Of a stretch of 64,000 bases of DNA, positions 22,562 through 35,128 are shown in pieces. Where the stretch lies: the NCBI GenBank assembly GCA_051362555.1, contig CM120644.1, forward strand, positions 24,140,534 to 24,204,533, given 5' to 3'. A model generated the notes under the pieces. It was not told the DNA's origin and did no database searches. It saw only the letters and a program-made list of their open reading frames with translations. Numbering within the stretch: position 1 is the stretch's first letter; each line of letters starts with the position of its first letter. Origin of the DNA: Lingula anatina. Lineage: Eukaryota > Animalia > Brachiopoda. The position numbers and the translations under genes are program-made.

Positions 22562-24692
22562 TCATTTTTTCTTCTTGTCGCCGCCTGTTACTGGCTTCTG
22601 ACCACACTTCCTCCTGCATGCTCTACAAAGAATCGTGATGCAATAGACACCTAGGACGACCACACTTAAAAGAAAACCTATGACGTCGAGGCTATAGAAA
22701 CTGTACCATGGCAACCGTGCTCCCGGCGACTGTAAATGTGAGCCCCCGAATCTGACCACGTGTTCAGTCCAGTAGACCGCCTGATCCACGAGACTCATGG
22801 GATAGTCCCGCAATATCCTAGCATATCTTTTGGCGTTGTTCTGATATGTGGAATTTGAGGCCAAAATGTTGATATTTTCCAGGAGCTCGTCAGGAGAAAA
22901 CGTTGCCACGGACATCTTTATAGCTAACTCTCTCTTAACGAGTCGCTCAGCGTTGTGAGGCTGATCTCCGGCGATTGGCATCGCCAAGACTGGGACGCCG
23001 TTAAATAGCGCCTCGTACGAACCGGCGTTGCCACAGTGGGACAGGAAAACTTTCACACTGTCATGTGCTAGAAGATCGCCTTGTGGTAACCAAGACATCA
23101 GTTTGATATTGGGCGGTGTTTCCCCCAAGTCTTCTCCACTGTAACGCCATACGACTCCGTATTTCAGCTTGCTGAACACACCCAGGAATCTTTTGCTGAT
23201 TTCTGTAGGTAAATATTTCACGACAGAGCCAAACGAAACAACCACCACTCCCTGGGATTTGAATTTCTGTACAAACGCTTCCAGATGGTCTGGCAAAGCC
23301 GCAGGTTGTTTCACACCCATCCCTCCAAGTAGGATCACATTGGGAAGGGTAGGGATCGGTTCTAGGGCAGGATTCACGCTTATAACCAGCCAAAGTATAC
23401 TGTCTCTCAGAAATTCGTTGAATGTTTTAATTGGCTTATGGGACACGTGTCTCTGCACCAACTCCGCAGGTATTGAAGGTGTAGATATAAAATTAGAAAC
23501 CAGTGTTATCATAAAGTTCTGAACACGTTCCATGAAGTCCATGTCTTCATTGAAGGTCGTGAACAAGGAAGGTACAACAGAGGGGAGAAGAGGCACCCCT
23601 GCCTGACCTAGTAACGAGGTGAATGACGTAATACTGATTACAGGCAAGTCCAGTTTGTACGGCAGAATTTGACAGTTGGCAAGGAACGGGTACGCCCCTA
23701 TCACAGCCACGTCAAACTTGAGCGACAAAAGTTTAACGAATAGTTCCTGGTCCTCCAACATTTCTGCACATTGGGACGTGAAGAACTCGGACGCAGTTCT
23801 CACCATCCTGAAATTGGTCACCATATCGCCGTCACTTTGTATCATATCTTTGACGTCATTCCTCTGAAACTCCTCCGAAGCGAAAATGTACTCCTTGTCC
23901 GTTTTGAACGTCAGATAATTTACACTGCCGTCCTTGGTAGAGTCGGGGATAGGGAAATTTGAGCCGACAATGACGTAAACTTGGTGTCCGCGTTTGTGCA
24001 GTACTTTGGCCAGGTTATGGAAGACCAAAGTGACACTCTTGCCTATGCCTGGCATTGCTAGGAATCTAAAATGCACCGAGTATATACTACTTTAAAATCA
24101 CTAAATCTCAAATAACATCAAATATAATATGCAGGTATACAGTGTAGGCTAAATAGGTTATCTAAGATTTTACCTTTCTCATACAAATAGATTTATAAAT
24201 AAGAAAAACTAATTAAATAATTAATAAAAGAAAATATAAATAAAAAACCTTGACTAGACGCGTGCTTAAATAAGGTAAGGGTGGGAAAAACTGAAATGGA
24301 ATTGCACCCATCCACGCCACTCAAATACTGCAAATATTGAGGTTGACGTCACAACCACTGAACAAATCGTAAATAACGCCACGTAAAATGGTTCTAATAA
24401 CAGCATTAATGCTAGACAGAAAACATTCCACGTCCAGTTAAACCTCCATTAATGTTTGTAAAAATATATTATCTTATCTGATATCAATTCGGACTAAATT
24501 TTTTATTAGCTTAAAAATTTAATGACTGGTTGATTTTTTTTTCTAATCGTTGAAGAAGATAAGCAGAACATAAGCCAAATATCGTTTCAATTCTAATTAC
24601 CTTGCACAGGAACAGGGCGTCACGTGACTCAGCGTCCAGAGACTGAGAAAAACGAGTAGCGACACTACTGGCGTCCGCACTGGTGACATCAT
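22562..24692 (-). CDS. UDP-glycosyltransferase copy B; exons 24692-24601 and 24065-22562; 531 aa
   Basis: Same exon sizes as copy A (92 + 1504 nt), donor ag|gtaatt, acceptor tttag|att, same UGT signature, tail DKKKK. Confidence 0.93.
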
Positions 24693-26598
24693 GTAGGTGT
24701 TTCCAGTCCAGTCCTGACGGTCCAACTTAGTCGAACATGCGGTTATGACGTCGTACAGCTTCTTCGTATTTCCTATATAATTCTAGGCGATCCGGGGTGT
24801 TGATTAAAATCTATTAAACCATAAAGTCCGTATTCCCGAGGAAGAAAGTCATAAACTGATCCTACTTATCCGCGGAAATCACAACATACAAAATGAATGT
24901 TGTCACTGTCAGATGACACTACTTGTACACGTGTCGATGCACCAAAGTTACACATGTACTTGCAGCAACAGTCTAACGCCTTCTTAGGCTGAGCGCTGAC
25001 TTAACCGAGATACTCTGACTTAGGACGTCTCAACGCTGCTGAATGTCGAAATACCCGTTGTACTGCGGTGACTGAATCCATCAAATCCGGATTAAACACC
25101 TTTTAAGTTCAGTTTAAACTACACTAAACAAATTTAGAGATCTGCCCCAATCGCATTCATATTTAGCCTTGCAAGAGTTTGTTCCGTATAATGACCTTTG
25201 TAAGTTCAAATAAGCCTTCGGGTCGACGTCAATATTTGTATTTCGCGATATGCCGGGTGTTATACAGGTACAGTATAGGATACAGGCCATGGTCTACATG
25301 TAGTATATGATAACACGTGGCCGTACCCTCGAAGATATCGAAAACGAATTGTCTTTCAAGTTCGATAAGTAAATACCCGAAGTCGAATAGTTAGTGTTCT
25401 CAAAGTCCACAAAAGTATCATTTCTATTCACGTGTTTGAGCTATTTTGATAAGTGCAGGAGAGTTAGGAGTCGGACATTTCACTAAAATCTTCTTCAGGA
25501 TTCAGCATATGTCGGGTATACTTATCTAGCCGCTGTAGTTCGACATTTAAGACAAAACTTTATAAAGACAAAAGGTCTAGAAAAGAAAAAAAGCAGTGAT
25601 CTTACAAATATACAGACGCTTACAGGAAAAAACGTATAGATTGAACCTGATGACCTCTGCACTGCTTGTTTAAGTGTAAGTTCAAGTCGAGGTACAACGT
25701 CACCGCTTTCGAATAAATTTCATCCCCTGTGTGTAATGTCCCACCCATGTGCTAGAGGGATCGATCCAACGCCGCAAATAAACGGGCATTAAATAGCAAA
25801 AATAAAATAAAATAAAATAAAATAAAATAAAATAAAATAAAATAAAATAATAATAAATAAATAAATAAATAAATAAAATGATAACAATGCAACAGCATTT
25901 ACGAACAATTGTGATAATGATCCGAGCTAAACTGACTAATGTATCTATTTAATGGTAGGAAATGAGAGTCACTCCTTCATTTAACGTGCACGCTTTTTTC
26001 ATGCAGTTCTTCTCAGTTCCTTGTTCTCGAAATAAAAATGACGGCATCACCATCAAGCGTCAGATAAGTCTTGGCTTAAGTAATGATGGAGTGATTTCAA
26101 AAATGCTTTTATCCTCAGTTTTTTCACAAAAATTTAGAAATGTCTCATCACCGCGCTAGTGAAGTCCACACGGCTAGGCTAATTAAACCCTTTGATAACA
26201 TTGTTAAATGCAGTTGTTAACACATTTGCCCCAACTTATAATGTAATATTCTTGCATTTCCTAGTTATCAGTGCGTTTGGATAGCTCATTTCAATTACCA
26301 ATTGCACTAAACAACACCATTTTGCAGTTTAGGGACAAATTATGCAAGCAATTATCTCTTTCGCAGCTTTGAAATAATAAATTTATCAAGATAAAATTAA
26401 TTTTAACGTTAAGTCCAGCATTAGTGTTGGGATTTTCTTGTTTCATTTCCTATCAGATTGAACATTCAGAGAATAATTTCAACATTTTATATGTAGTTTA
26501 CACCTATTTATCTAGGTATGGGGATGGTCTTATCCGGTCTCAATTACGAAAAGTTATGTCCAAGAGCGTTATAAACCCTGGATGACGAATTAAGCAGC

Positions 26599-26606
26599 TA
26601 TAAAAA
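26599..26606 (+). promoter_or_regulatory. TATA box of Cys-rich peptide gene
   Basis: TATAAAAA ~130 bp upstream of ATG 26728, conserved in both duplicates. Confidence 0.55.
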
Positions 26607-26727
26607 GCTCTGGCGAAGCTAGGATATCACCGCCAGTAGAGAGTCGACTAACAACGTCTATAAACGTCTAAAGCGCTGCTACTACGCTCTATCTCACTAC
26701 GTTGAGTACCATCACATAACCTCCAGG

Positions 26728-26934
26728 ATGAATTCCAAGATCTGGTCCGCACTGACCGTGGTCTGTGTCCTTTCCTGCCTACAACAGACGCTGACGTCCG
26801 ACGTGAACTGTTCTGGCTGCTCTCCTGAGGACTGTGAATGCCAGATCTGGTGCCCGCCTTCCGTCACCGTGTCTCCAGGGGGACCACCCCTGCATGAACC
26901 CTGTCTGACCTCCTGTGCCTGTAAGAGTACGTAG
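26728..26934 (+). CDS. Small secreted cysteine-rich peptide (68 aa; ~23-aa signal peptide, 8 Cys in the mature part); could be the first exon of a longer gene
   Basis: MNSKIWSALTVVCVLSCLQQTLTS-DVNCSGCSPEDCECQIWCPPSVTVSPGGPPLHEPCLTSCACKST. GC-rich relative to flanks, TATA upstream, paralogous start at 9131, possible donors at 26921 and 26941. Confidence 0.7.
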   Translation: MNSKIWSALTVVCVLSCLQQTLTSDVNCSGCSPEDCECQIWCPPSVTVSPGGPPLHEPCLTSCACKST

Positions 26935-27507
26935 ACATTGGTGAGTTTATCACGGTATCTTGGCTGAGGCAAAGGCACATCTAGAACGCTTGGCCTTTAT
27001 ATATATATATATATATTTTTTCATTTTTATATATATTTTTTGTACTACTGGCATAATGATATTTTAATAATCCCTGAGATTAACGTTTTTGGGATTGTGC
27101 ATGTGCTACAAGCCCCACGTTGGCTGTGCGTGTCTTTACGGTGTAATTTTTTTATGAAGAAAGGACAAAATCTTAAACCTAGCGTTTGGCATTAATTTTG
27201 ATGATATCACTAAATAACTACGTGTGTGTTAATGTTTTTCACTCGACCCTACCCAAATGTACAGTTCTGTATTTTATCTAATTCCAGAAAATACTTTATG
27301 AAAGACTCGCCGAGCATAATTCCTGAAAGTGGAGCAACTTTCCTCAAAACAAGCAAAGGAAGAGTTTATCTGAAAACATTATGGAAGAGTTTGAAAATTG
27401 CGTGTTGATGAATAAAATGGTCAAATGTACTTTCTGGTCAATTTTTAGTTAACCCCCAACAATGCCCAAAATGGGAGGTATATCCTACAAAGTACGTTAC
27501 CCGTTTA

Positions 27508-27693
27508 AAGCCTACATTAAATTTGAAATGCGATGCCCGCACGGTGCACGGATAACGCCCGTAATACCCTTTTCGTACGGCGTTTGAGTGAAGGTAGACG
27601 GTTGCCGTACGAAATCGCACGGAATCGTACACATTTAAGTCCATGTAATGTAGACATACTCGGCGTAGCCCGTAGTTCCTTACGATTAAAAAA

Positions 27694-27737
<44 letters not shown>

Positions 27738-27825
27738 AACAATAACAATAAAACAATAAAATAAAATAAAAAAAGGTATGAACAATTTCTTCGCACGGCG
27801 CCCGTGTAAATATCATCTAGGCTTA
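27508..27825. mobile_element. Decayed MITE (Harbinger/Tourist-like)
   Basis: Imperfect terminal IR aagcctacattaaattt...aaatatcatctaggctt with internal gcccgt/cgtacg motifs. Confidence 0.5.
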
Positions 27826-28359
27826 AATAATGTGCTGCTAAATAACGATCATATTCTTCTGTCGATAAACGTAGTTAAAATTGACAGAGAAAACTAGCTC
27901 GGAGCTTCGGTTATATTCAATCATAGGTCACATCGTATAGACAATTACGGTAATTGCTGTATAATCTGTGCGTCAATTTGATTTCCTTCACAAAAAAGTT
28001 AAATTTAATTTTCTTTTCTTACTTTCAACGCACTCACTGATCGACCTGTCTTAACACTTGGATTCGATGTTTTATAATTTTCTTAATTAATGAACTTGAT
28101 GACGAACGAACAATGATGTGCTTAGTTAGTCATGCGCTATTGTTAGTGCGGAAGGAAATCTAGGCACTGGAGACATATTTGTGAGGTTTTATGGATTTGA
28201 TGTCCTAATTGGAGAAGGTAAGCTAATGTTTCTTAAGGACTTCCGTACTTTTTTATGTCAACCATTAACCTGCTTAAACGTGAGATCGGCTTTGGATTTT
28301 TTTTTTATTCCAGCCAATATATTTTTACCAACAGCCCTTTTCCCACTCTCGTCGCTTAA

Positions 28360-28696
28360 AGGGATAATAACTCTTCGTATGATATCTATATTTCACAATA
28401 AAAACATTGTGAACAACTCATAGAGATATAATATATTCTGTTTTACCACCAAAACGGCAGTTATAGCTATTATTCAGATATCTGAGCTTGTCTTCAGATC
28501 ACATGACCTCCATTGATGGCTGTACTCGGTTATAATCTCCTAAGTGATTTTAACAAAAAACCAAACTTTTTAGAAAAAAACCAGGGACTAACTTTAAATG
28601 TAAAAATGTATTCATTAACCATTGGTAAGTATAGAAAAATTGTTGTTTACTCCAGGAAAATTAATTTTTTGGCCAAAACGAAGAGTTATTATCCCT
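28360..28696. mobile_element. MITE with TTAA target-site duplication (Kolobok-like), copy 1
   Basis: ttaa|agggataataactcttcgt...acgaagagttattatccct|ttaa; a close second copy lies at 35408-35744. Confidence 0.88.
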
Positions 28697-28893
28697 TTAA
28701 ATACTCAATGTCAGCCGTATAAACTCACTGTAGTACACGTATTGTCGTCAACATGCTACCAGAAGGAGGTAGTTTTTAGAAAGTTCCTTGTAGCGTGATA
28801 TTATATTCTAGGATCTGGCAGAACATCCCAGTAAAAGAGTCCTCAGATAACTTGAACAAAAAAGTGAGGCAGAAATCACACAAATGACCAAAC

Positions 28894-28899
28894 TTTATT
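28894..28899 (-). terminator. Candidate polyadenylation signal of MRAS (implies a ~6.2-kb 3' UTR)
   Basis: AATAAA on the minus strand at the end of a long gene-free tract that is U-rich on the minus strand. Confidence 0.35.
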
Positions 28900-29792
28900 T
28901 TGGAAAACAATTATTACACATTTGTAAATTCCATAAACATCATCTAAAGTTACTTTGCCGTCGACTGTAAATGTAGTAAATGGCAACCTCCAGTCATTTT
29001 GATAAGTGACATAACTGGTTTGTTCAGACCACAACTGATTTAATATACATATTATATATCAAAGAATGAGTAATAAAAACGACAATGAATACAATTATTT
29101 TGATCGGAGCTCCTCTCTCAATGAAATAAAATATTCATCTTGACCATCAGGTCTATTGCACATGTTACAGACAAACTGGGAGGAAAATAGATAAATAAAT
29201 AAATAAATAAATAAATAAATAGATAAATAACAGAAAGTGTTTGACCACAAGAAAAAGTTTTTACAAATACAACTCTAGCCACACAAGAGGGGCTCTATTG
29301 TGTGCACATTGAAAAATACCCGATCTGAATTTGAACTTCCAAGATCGAGGTATGCTAAGTACATTGCTAATTCTATGATTTTCTGTCTTTCTTACACAGT
29401 ACACTTGAAATAATATGGAAACCGAGAAACTACTTATCTTTGCTTGTTCATCCCAAATATGCCCATAAATATATAGTACAGGTGCTGAGCTTTCTTGTAA
29501 TTAAATGCAATGACTTTAGTATGCATGAGAGAGAGAGAGAGAGAGAGAGAGAGTAAGTCACTTAACGGAATAAGTCCAAACTTTCCATACAAAAATAGGC
29601 CCTGAATAAAAAAAGAATTCTGCAGAGGAACGGGTGTATCTCGGTAAGTATACCATAAGACAGGAGGCGGTTAAGACACTGCTAAGACACTGTTCCACAA
29701 CCAAGACTTCTCATTACAACAACTAATAAGTGTTCTCTATACCATTACAATGTGGCTTAAATACAGTCATACTTCACATATACAAAATAACT

Positions 29793-29837
<45 letters not shown>

Positions 29838-31659
29838 TCAGAACATGTTCAGAAACATATTTAAGCACATACTGCTGCAAGATCAGTATATGAAGACTAC
29901 AATCAAAATCACTTTACTAATACCTATGATCAAAACTTGTCAAACCTCACGTTGGGCCTTAGCTAATGCAAATAAAATCAAGTTTTAATATCTTACACTG
30001 AATATTTGATACCGAAATATCTGTGTATAAATGTTATTGTACAACAAAACATCTTGATACTCAGATAGTATAGGCTTAATTCACAATGACAACACAGTCT
30101 GCACCTTACAGCTAGCAGTAACAATACAAAAAAAAAAAAAAGGACTAGTAGGTGTACCCTCTACCAGGGTTACAGATTAATCTTTCATTAGGTAGCATTC
30201 CCAAAAACCCATCATACTAGCTGGTTTGATCTAACACTGTGGAGATTCCTGCTAAATTGCATTCAGTGTAAGCTGCTTAAATGTCTAGCACACCTAATCA
30301 AAATGCTAGGGGGTGATAAACTATAGTATATCACCCCCTTGTTACTCAGTACCAGACAACTAATCTGATTACACTGTTATTAATTTTGCTAGAAGCCCAT
30401 TGAGCTATGTATCTGGCTAATTCATGTACCAATTCTCTACTGTTGCCATTAAGAAAAAACTCACAATTAACCTGCAGCCCTAGAAGGGGGTAGTAAGCTT
30501 GTGGGTGTGGTTTTGATTGGTTGACATTTTGCTCATGTCAGGCAAAAATAATAAATAAAGGTAAACCTGGACATAAACAAAAGTTGAAAAAATTAATTAA
30601 CTGAATGATAAATAAACAAAATATAATTAACATAAGCAAGTCCCTTTTACAACAACAAAGTATTCAGTGAGCTAACCTGGTACAAAAAGCAGCTATAAAT
30701 GTCTTAAGAACTGGGCCGTTATTTGGTTTAATCTAGTTCAGAACCTCTTCAGTACAGCCTGTATTAAAACTGACATTAGAAAGCATGCCCTACTTTCATA
30801 AACATCAAAATATTCTTAAAATGCACGAATTGTAATGGGACTCATATATTTGGCAATTGCTGACTTGGCATGTTGCCATGGCAACAATGTAACCATGGAT
30901 ACAATGATTCATTTATTCATTACAATAATAATAATATTAATACTGATTGTTTCACTGTTTTTCACTATTTCAATTGTTATCAACAAGATAACTTTACTCA
31001 GGGACCCGTCTGTTATAAGGAGAATTAACTAGGTCCTTTTGGACAAACTTTTGTCAAATCTAATTTTCCTCAAGAAAAAAATTGGTCATCTTGTACCATT
31101 TCTAACTGAAACAAGGCAGCAAAGCTGTCAAATGTACAGACAAAAAACAGAAAATAAAGATGCAAAAAAAGGTCATTTTGTCAATTTTGATGCAATAATA
31201 AATAATGCTTATAATAGCACTGTCAGTCAACACTGAATTTTAATCATGCACAACAGGTAACATGGTCAATAACAGGAGCGGACCCTGAGATATTTTCTGA
31301 CAGTATTCCAAAGTATCTATGTTGATCCATCCTCCATTTTGATGGTCTTCCAACAGAAAAAAAAAAGATACCAGTCAAACTTAATAACCTGTCTTCAAGA
31401 AGACCCAGAAGATGGTCTCAATCCACTCCTTCGATAAGATTACAGTTTCAGGACCATGAGAGACTATAGTCACATGATGAAAGTCTCAATATTTGAAAAA
31501 TGATGACAGTGCATAAAATAATTTTAAATGTTTAAAGACATAAAAAAAAATACAATTGCTTATGTGGAAATACAGAAAATGTGCAGAGCCTTGAGCGGGT
31601 GAGAGTTAAAAGTCACAAATGCAAGTGTTTGAGAAAAAATTGTAAAGGAAAACATAACA

Positions 31660-31885
31660 AAACTAGAAAACCACCAAGAGTGCAGACCTCTGCCAAGGCA
31701 GCAATTGATTATTGTTGATTATTGATTGATTATTGAGCCAGACCACCACTAAAAACTAATCATTGTCCTCTTTGGCCCAATTCTGACAGTTCCTAAAAAT
31801 TTCAGCAAAATCGGTCCATAACTTTTTGAGTTATGTTGATGACAGACAAACAGGGGTGAAAATATAACCTCCTAGGCAGATTATA
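31660..31885 (+). mobile_element. Helentron-associated (HINE-like) non-autonomous element relic
   Basis: aactagaaa...ctctgccaagg start; core aaatttcagcaaaatcggtccataactttttgagttat; acagacaaaca microsatellite; end aacctcctaggcaga. Confidence 0.55.
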
Positions 31886-31932
31886 TGTAAATATAATTTC
31901 AATGAAGCTGCTATTCAAACTTTTAATCTTTG

Positions 31933-31993
<61 letters not shown>

Positions 31994-32916
31994 ACCTGCA
32001 TAATTATCACTGCTTATTTATTATTAATCTAGCAGAGAGCTCAACTTTTGGGAGTTTACAAGGAAATATCAACAAGTGTGCTTTATGTAATCTCCTTTAA
32101 TGGCTTCTCAATTAGGAAAATGACTTTATAACTCAGAAATTAGGCTAAGTGATACCCAAGGGATATTAACATACTGACCCTCTCAAAGGTCTTTCAGGCC
32201 CATAAGTCACATCTTAAGAAAAGCACAAAACAATAATGCACCAAATAGGAGACTACCAATTCTGATGCAATAATACATTATGTTTTACTGCACAGCCAAC
32301 ATCAAATTTTAATTATGCACAACAGGTAACAACAACAAAAGTAAAAGCATAAGGTTTCAGGCCCATCAGAGTTCAATTTTATACTTTGAAAGTGCCAGAA
32401 TGAGAAAAATGAAAATTTCACACAAAATTGCATAAATTCAATAATAAATGATAACCCAATTGACCTGGCTTTCTAATTTGAACTTCATGCCAATCCTAAA
32501 AATCATACTTGTAAGTTAAAAATAATAATAAGTAACACAGTTTTCTTTTCATAATGTTTGCAGTAACAATGCAAAAATATTGTTGTCAATTTTGATGTAA
32601 CATTACATAATAAATTATAGAATAATTATCACCAATCTTTGATTATTGACAATAAATAGCATGGACATGTAGAAAATTTGATTACCATTCGGCTTCATGT
32701 CCATGGGAGCTCCGAGTCCCACAATGAATATGCCAAAAAGATAATGAATATTTCACTCAAATGTATAACTTCCAGAAAAAGAAGCCAATTAGACTGCTTT
32801 TCCAACTCATTCTGCATTTTAGTCCTGTGTTTCTTTTTTAAAGGTTTGACAGTCATAACACGGTTTTCCCATAATGCTCATCATAGCAGCAGCACCAAAT
32901 ATTGTGTTTTCTTCTA

Positions 32917-33740
32917 TTTTGATGCAATATTACATAATGCTTAACAGCATAATGACCATCAATTTTTAATAATAGAATATTAGCAACATGGACATTCAGA
33001 AAACGTGACAAGCAAAGGTCTTCAGGATCATGGAACTTCAAAGTCACACCTTGAAAATGCCAATAAGTGGAAAATTAAATTTTCACAAAAAACTGTTTAA
33101 CTGCCAGAAAAAATTACCAAACAGACTGCATTGCCAACTGAAGCTGTATTTTAGACCCATGTTTCTTTCCTGTAAGTTTGAGAACGGTAATTGACATGAT
33201 TTTTGTTAAATGGTCATTATGAGAGCAGTGCCCAAAATAGGGGTTTCTTCAAATTTTGATGCAATATTACATAATGTTTAACAGCATAATGACCATCAAT
33301 TTTTAATAATAGAATATTAGTAACATGAACATTCAGAAAACGTGACTAGCAAAGGTCTGCAGGCTCATGGAACTTCAAAGTCACACCTTGAAAATGCCAA
33401 TATGTGAAAAATTAAATTTTCACAAAAAACTGTTTAACTGCCAGAAAAAATTACCAAACAGACTGCATTGCCTACTGAAGCTGTATTTTAGCCCCATGTT
33501 TCTTTCCTGTAAGTTTGAAAACAGTAAGTGACATGGTTTTTCTTAAATGGTCATCATGGGAGCAGTGCCCAAAATAGGGGTTTCTTCAAATTTTGATGCA
33601 ATATTACATAATGTTTAACAGCATAATGACCATCAATTTTTAATCATAAAATATTAGTATCATGGATATTCAGAAAATGTGATTAGCAAAGGTCTGCAGG
33701 CTCATGAAACTTCAAAGTCACATCTTAAAAATGCCAAAAT
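32917..33740. repeat. 337-bp tandem repeat, ~2.4 copies, in the inferred MRAS 3' UTR
   Basis: ttttgatgcaatattacataatg at 32917, 33254 and 33591; more degenerate copies near 31185, 32262 and 32590. Confidence 0.92.
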
Positions 33741-34127
33741 GTAAACAAGACAGCACTGTTCTGAAATGGGTTTATTTCCATTTTTAACATTTTTTTAACA
33801 TAAAATAAACAGTTTGTTGCCATTTTTATATGACCAACTAAGAAAATTGATGAGATGGGAAAAAATATCAATAGAACAGTGTTTAATGTCCAATTTCCTC
33901 CATTCTGAGATTATGAACATAGTGGATGATTGAATCTGACAAACTGCAATGATGAGTTTATTACCATTTTTGACACTTTATTACACAATACATGATAACA
34001 AGTTTACCATCATTTTTACACAATCAATTAACAATGTTGTAAAGATGCAGGAAATATCAAACAAACACTTTTACGTATCTTATTAGTTAAATAATGAGAC
34101 TGTTCACATGCCTAATAATTGAATCTG

Positions 34128-34670
34128 AGGAAATGTGAAAAAACAGCATAACTTCTAAAATAAAGGCCCGATCATGCTGATTTTCGAACTTGACCTGCGT
34201 ATTATGAATATCCATCAGTTCTGTTAGTTTTAAGCCAAAAGGTAAAATGTTATTTCACTTATCGTGTTATCGGTGTTGCATATATGCTGAGAAAAGTGAA
34301 AAAACAGCGTAACTTCATAAAAATGACCCGATCATGCTGATTTTCGAACTTCACCTGCGGATTATGAATATTCATCAGTTTTGTAAGTTTCAAGCCAAAA
34401 AGTAAAATGGTTTTCCACTTATCGTGTTATCGGTGCTGCATATATGCTGAAAAAAGTGAAAAAACAGCATAACTTCCCTAAAAAAGGCCCGATCATGCTG
34501 ATTTTCGAACTTGACCTGCGTATTAGGAATATTCACCAGTTCTGTAAGTTTCAAGCCAAAAGCAAAAACGGTGTTCCACTTATCATGTTATCGGTAAAAG
34601 TGCACGACGGCGACGACAGACGCAGATGATGGCTATATGTACAGACACATCTGTGTCTGTACATAAAAAC
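34128..34670 (+). mobile_element. HINE/Helentron-like element with 3 x ~156-bp internal tandem repeats and a terminal hairpin
   Basis: gtgaaaaaacagc.taacttc...atcatgctgattttcgaactt.acctgcg repeated three times, then gacgac/cagac, then palindrome atgtacagacaca-tc-tgtgtctgtacat and an A-tract. Confidence 0.7.
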
Positions 34671-35128
34671 TTATTTTGACACCAATCACGATTCATTTTC
34701 TGCCATCTCTGAACAAAAAATATCAATATTTACTGGGACATTTTCAAAAAAGTATAGCATAGCTTTAAGTTGATGTATTTTAATTGAAAATGCACCTTTA
34801 TTTTTTAACTTGATTCGTTTGGTGGATCAGGTGTGGTCACTGGTCCAAATATTGACGATGCTGGAACACCAACCCACGATTTTTGACAAAATTGGACCAA
34901 ATATGACCCACCAACTTTAAAATCTATTTTTACATGTTACAACAAATGTACTGATTGTACTGTGTACGATATGTCAGAATACCACATAAATATTGAAAAT
35001 GTAAATAAATATATATCAAATATCTAAAATCTACCACTTTTGATTTGGGAATAATATTAGAGAAAATATTGAAAATATTGTTGCCTTCCTTCACTGGTGA
35101 TAAGGATGAAACTTGAGCAAGTTGGAAT

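Larger units (their letters stand above)
22001..26816. repeat. Segmental duplication copy B (paralogous to ~4280-9219)
   Basis: See copy A. Confidence 0.9.
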
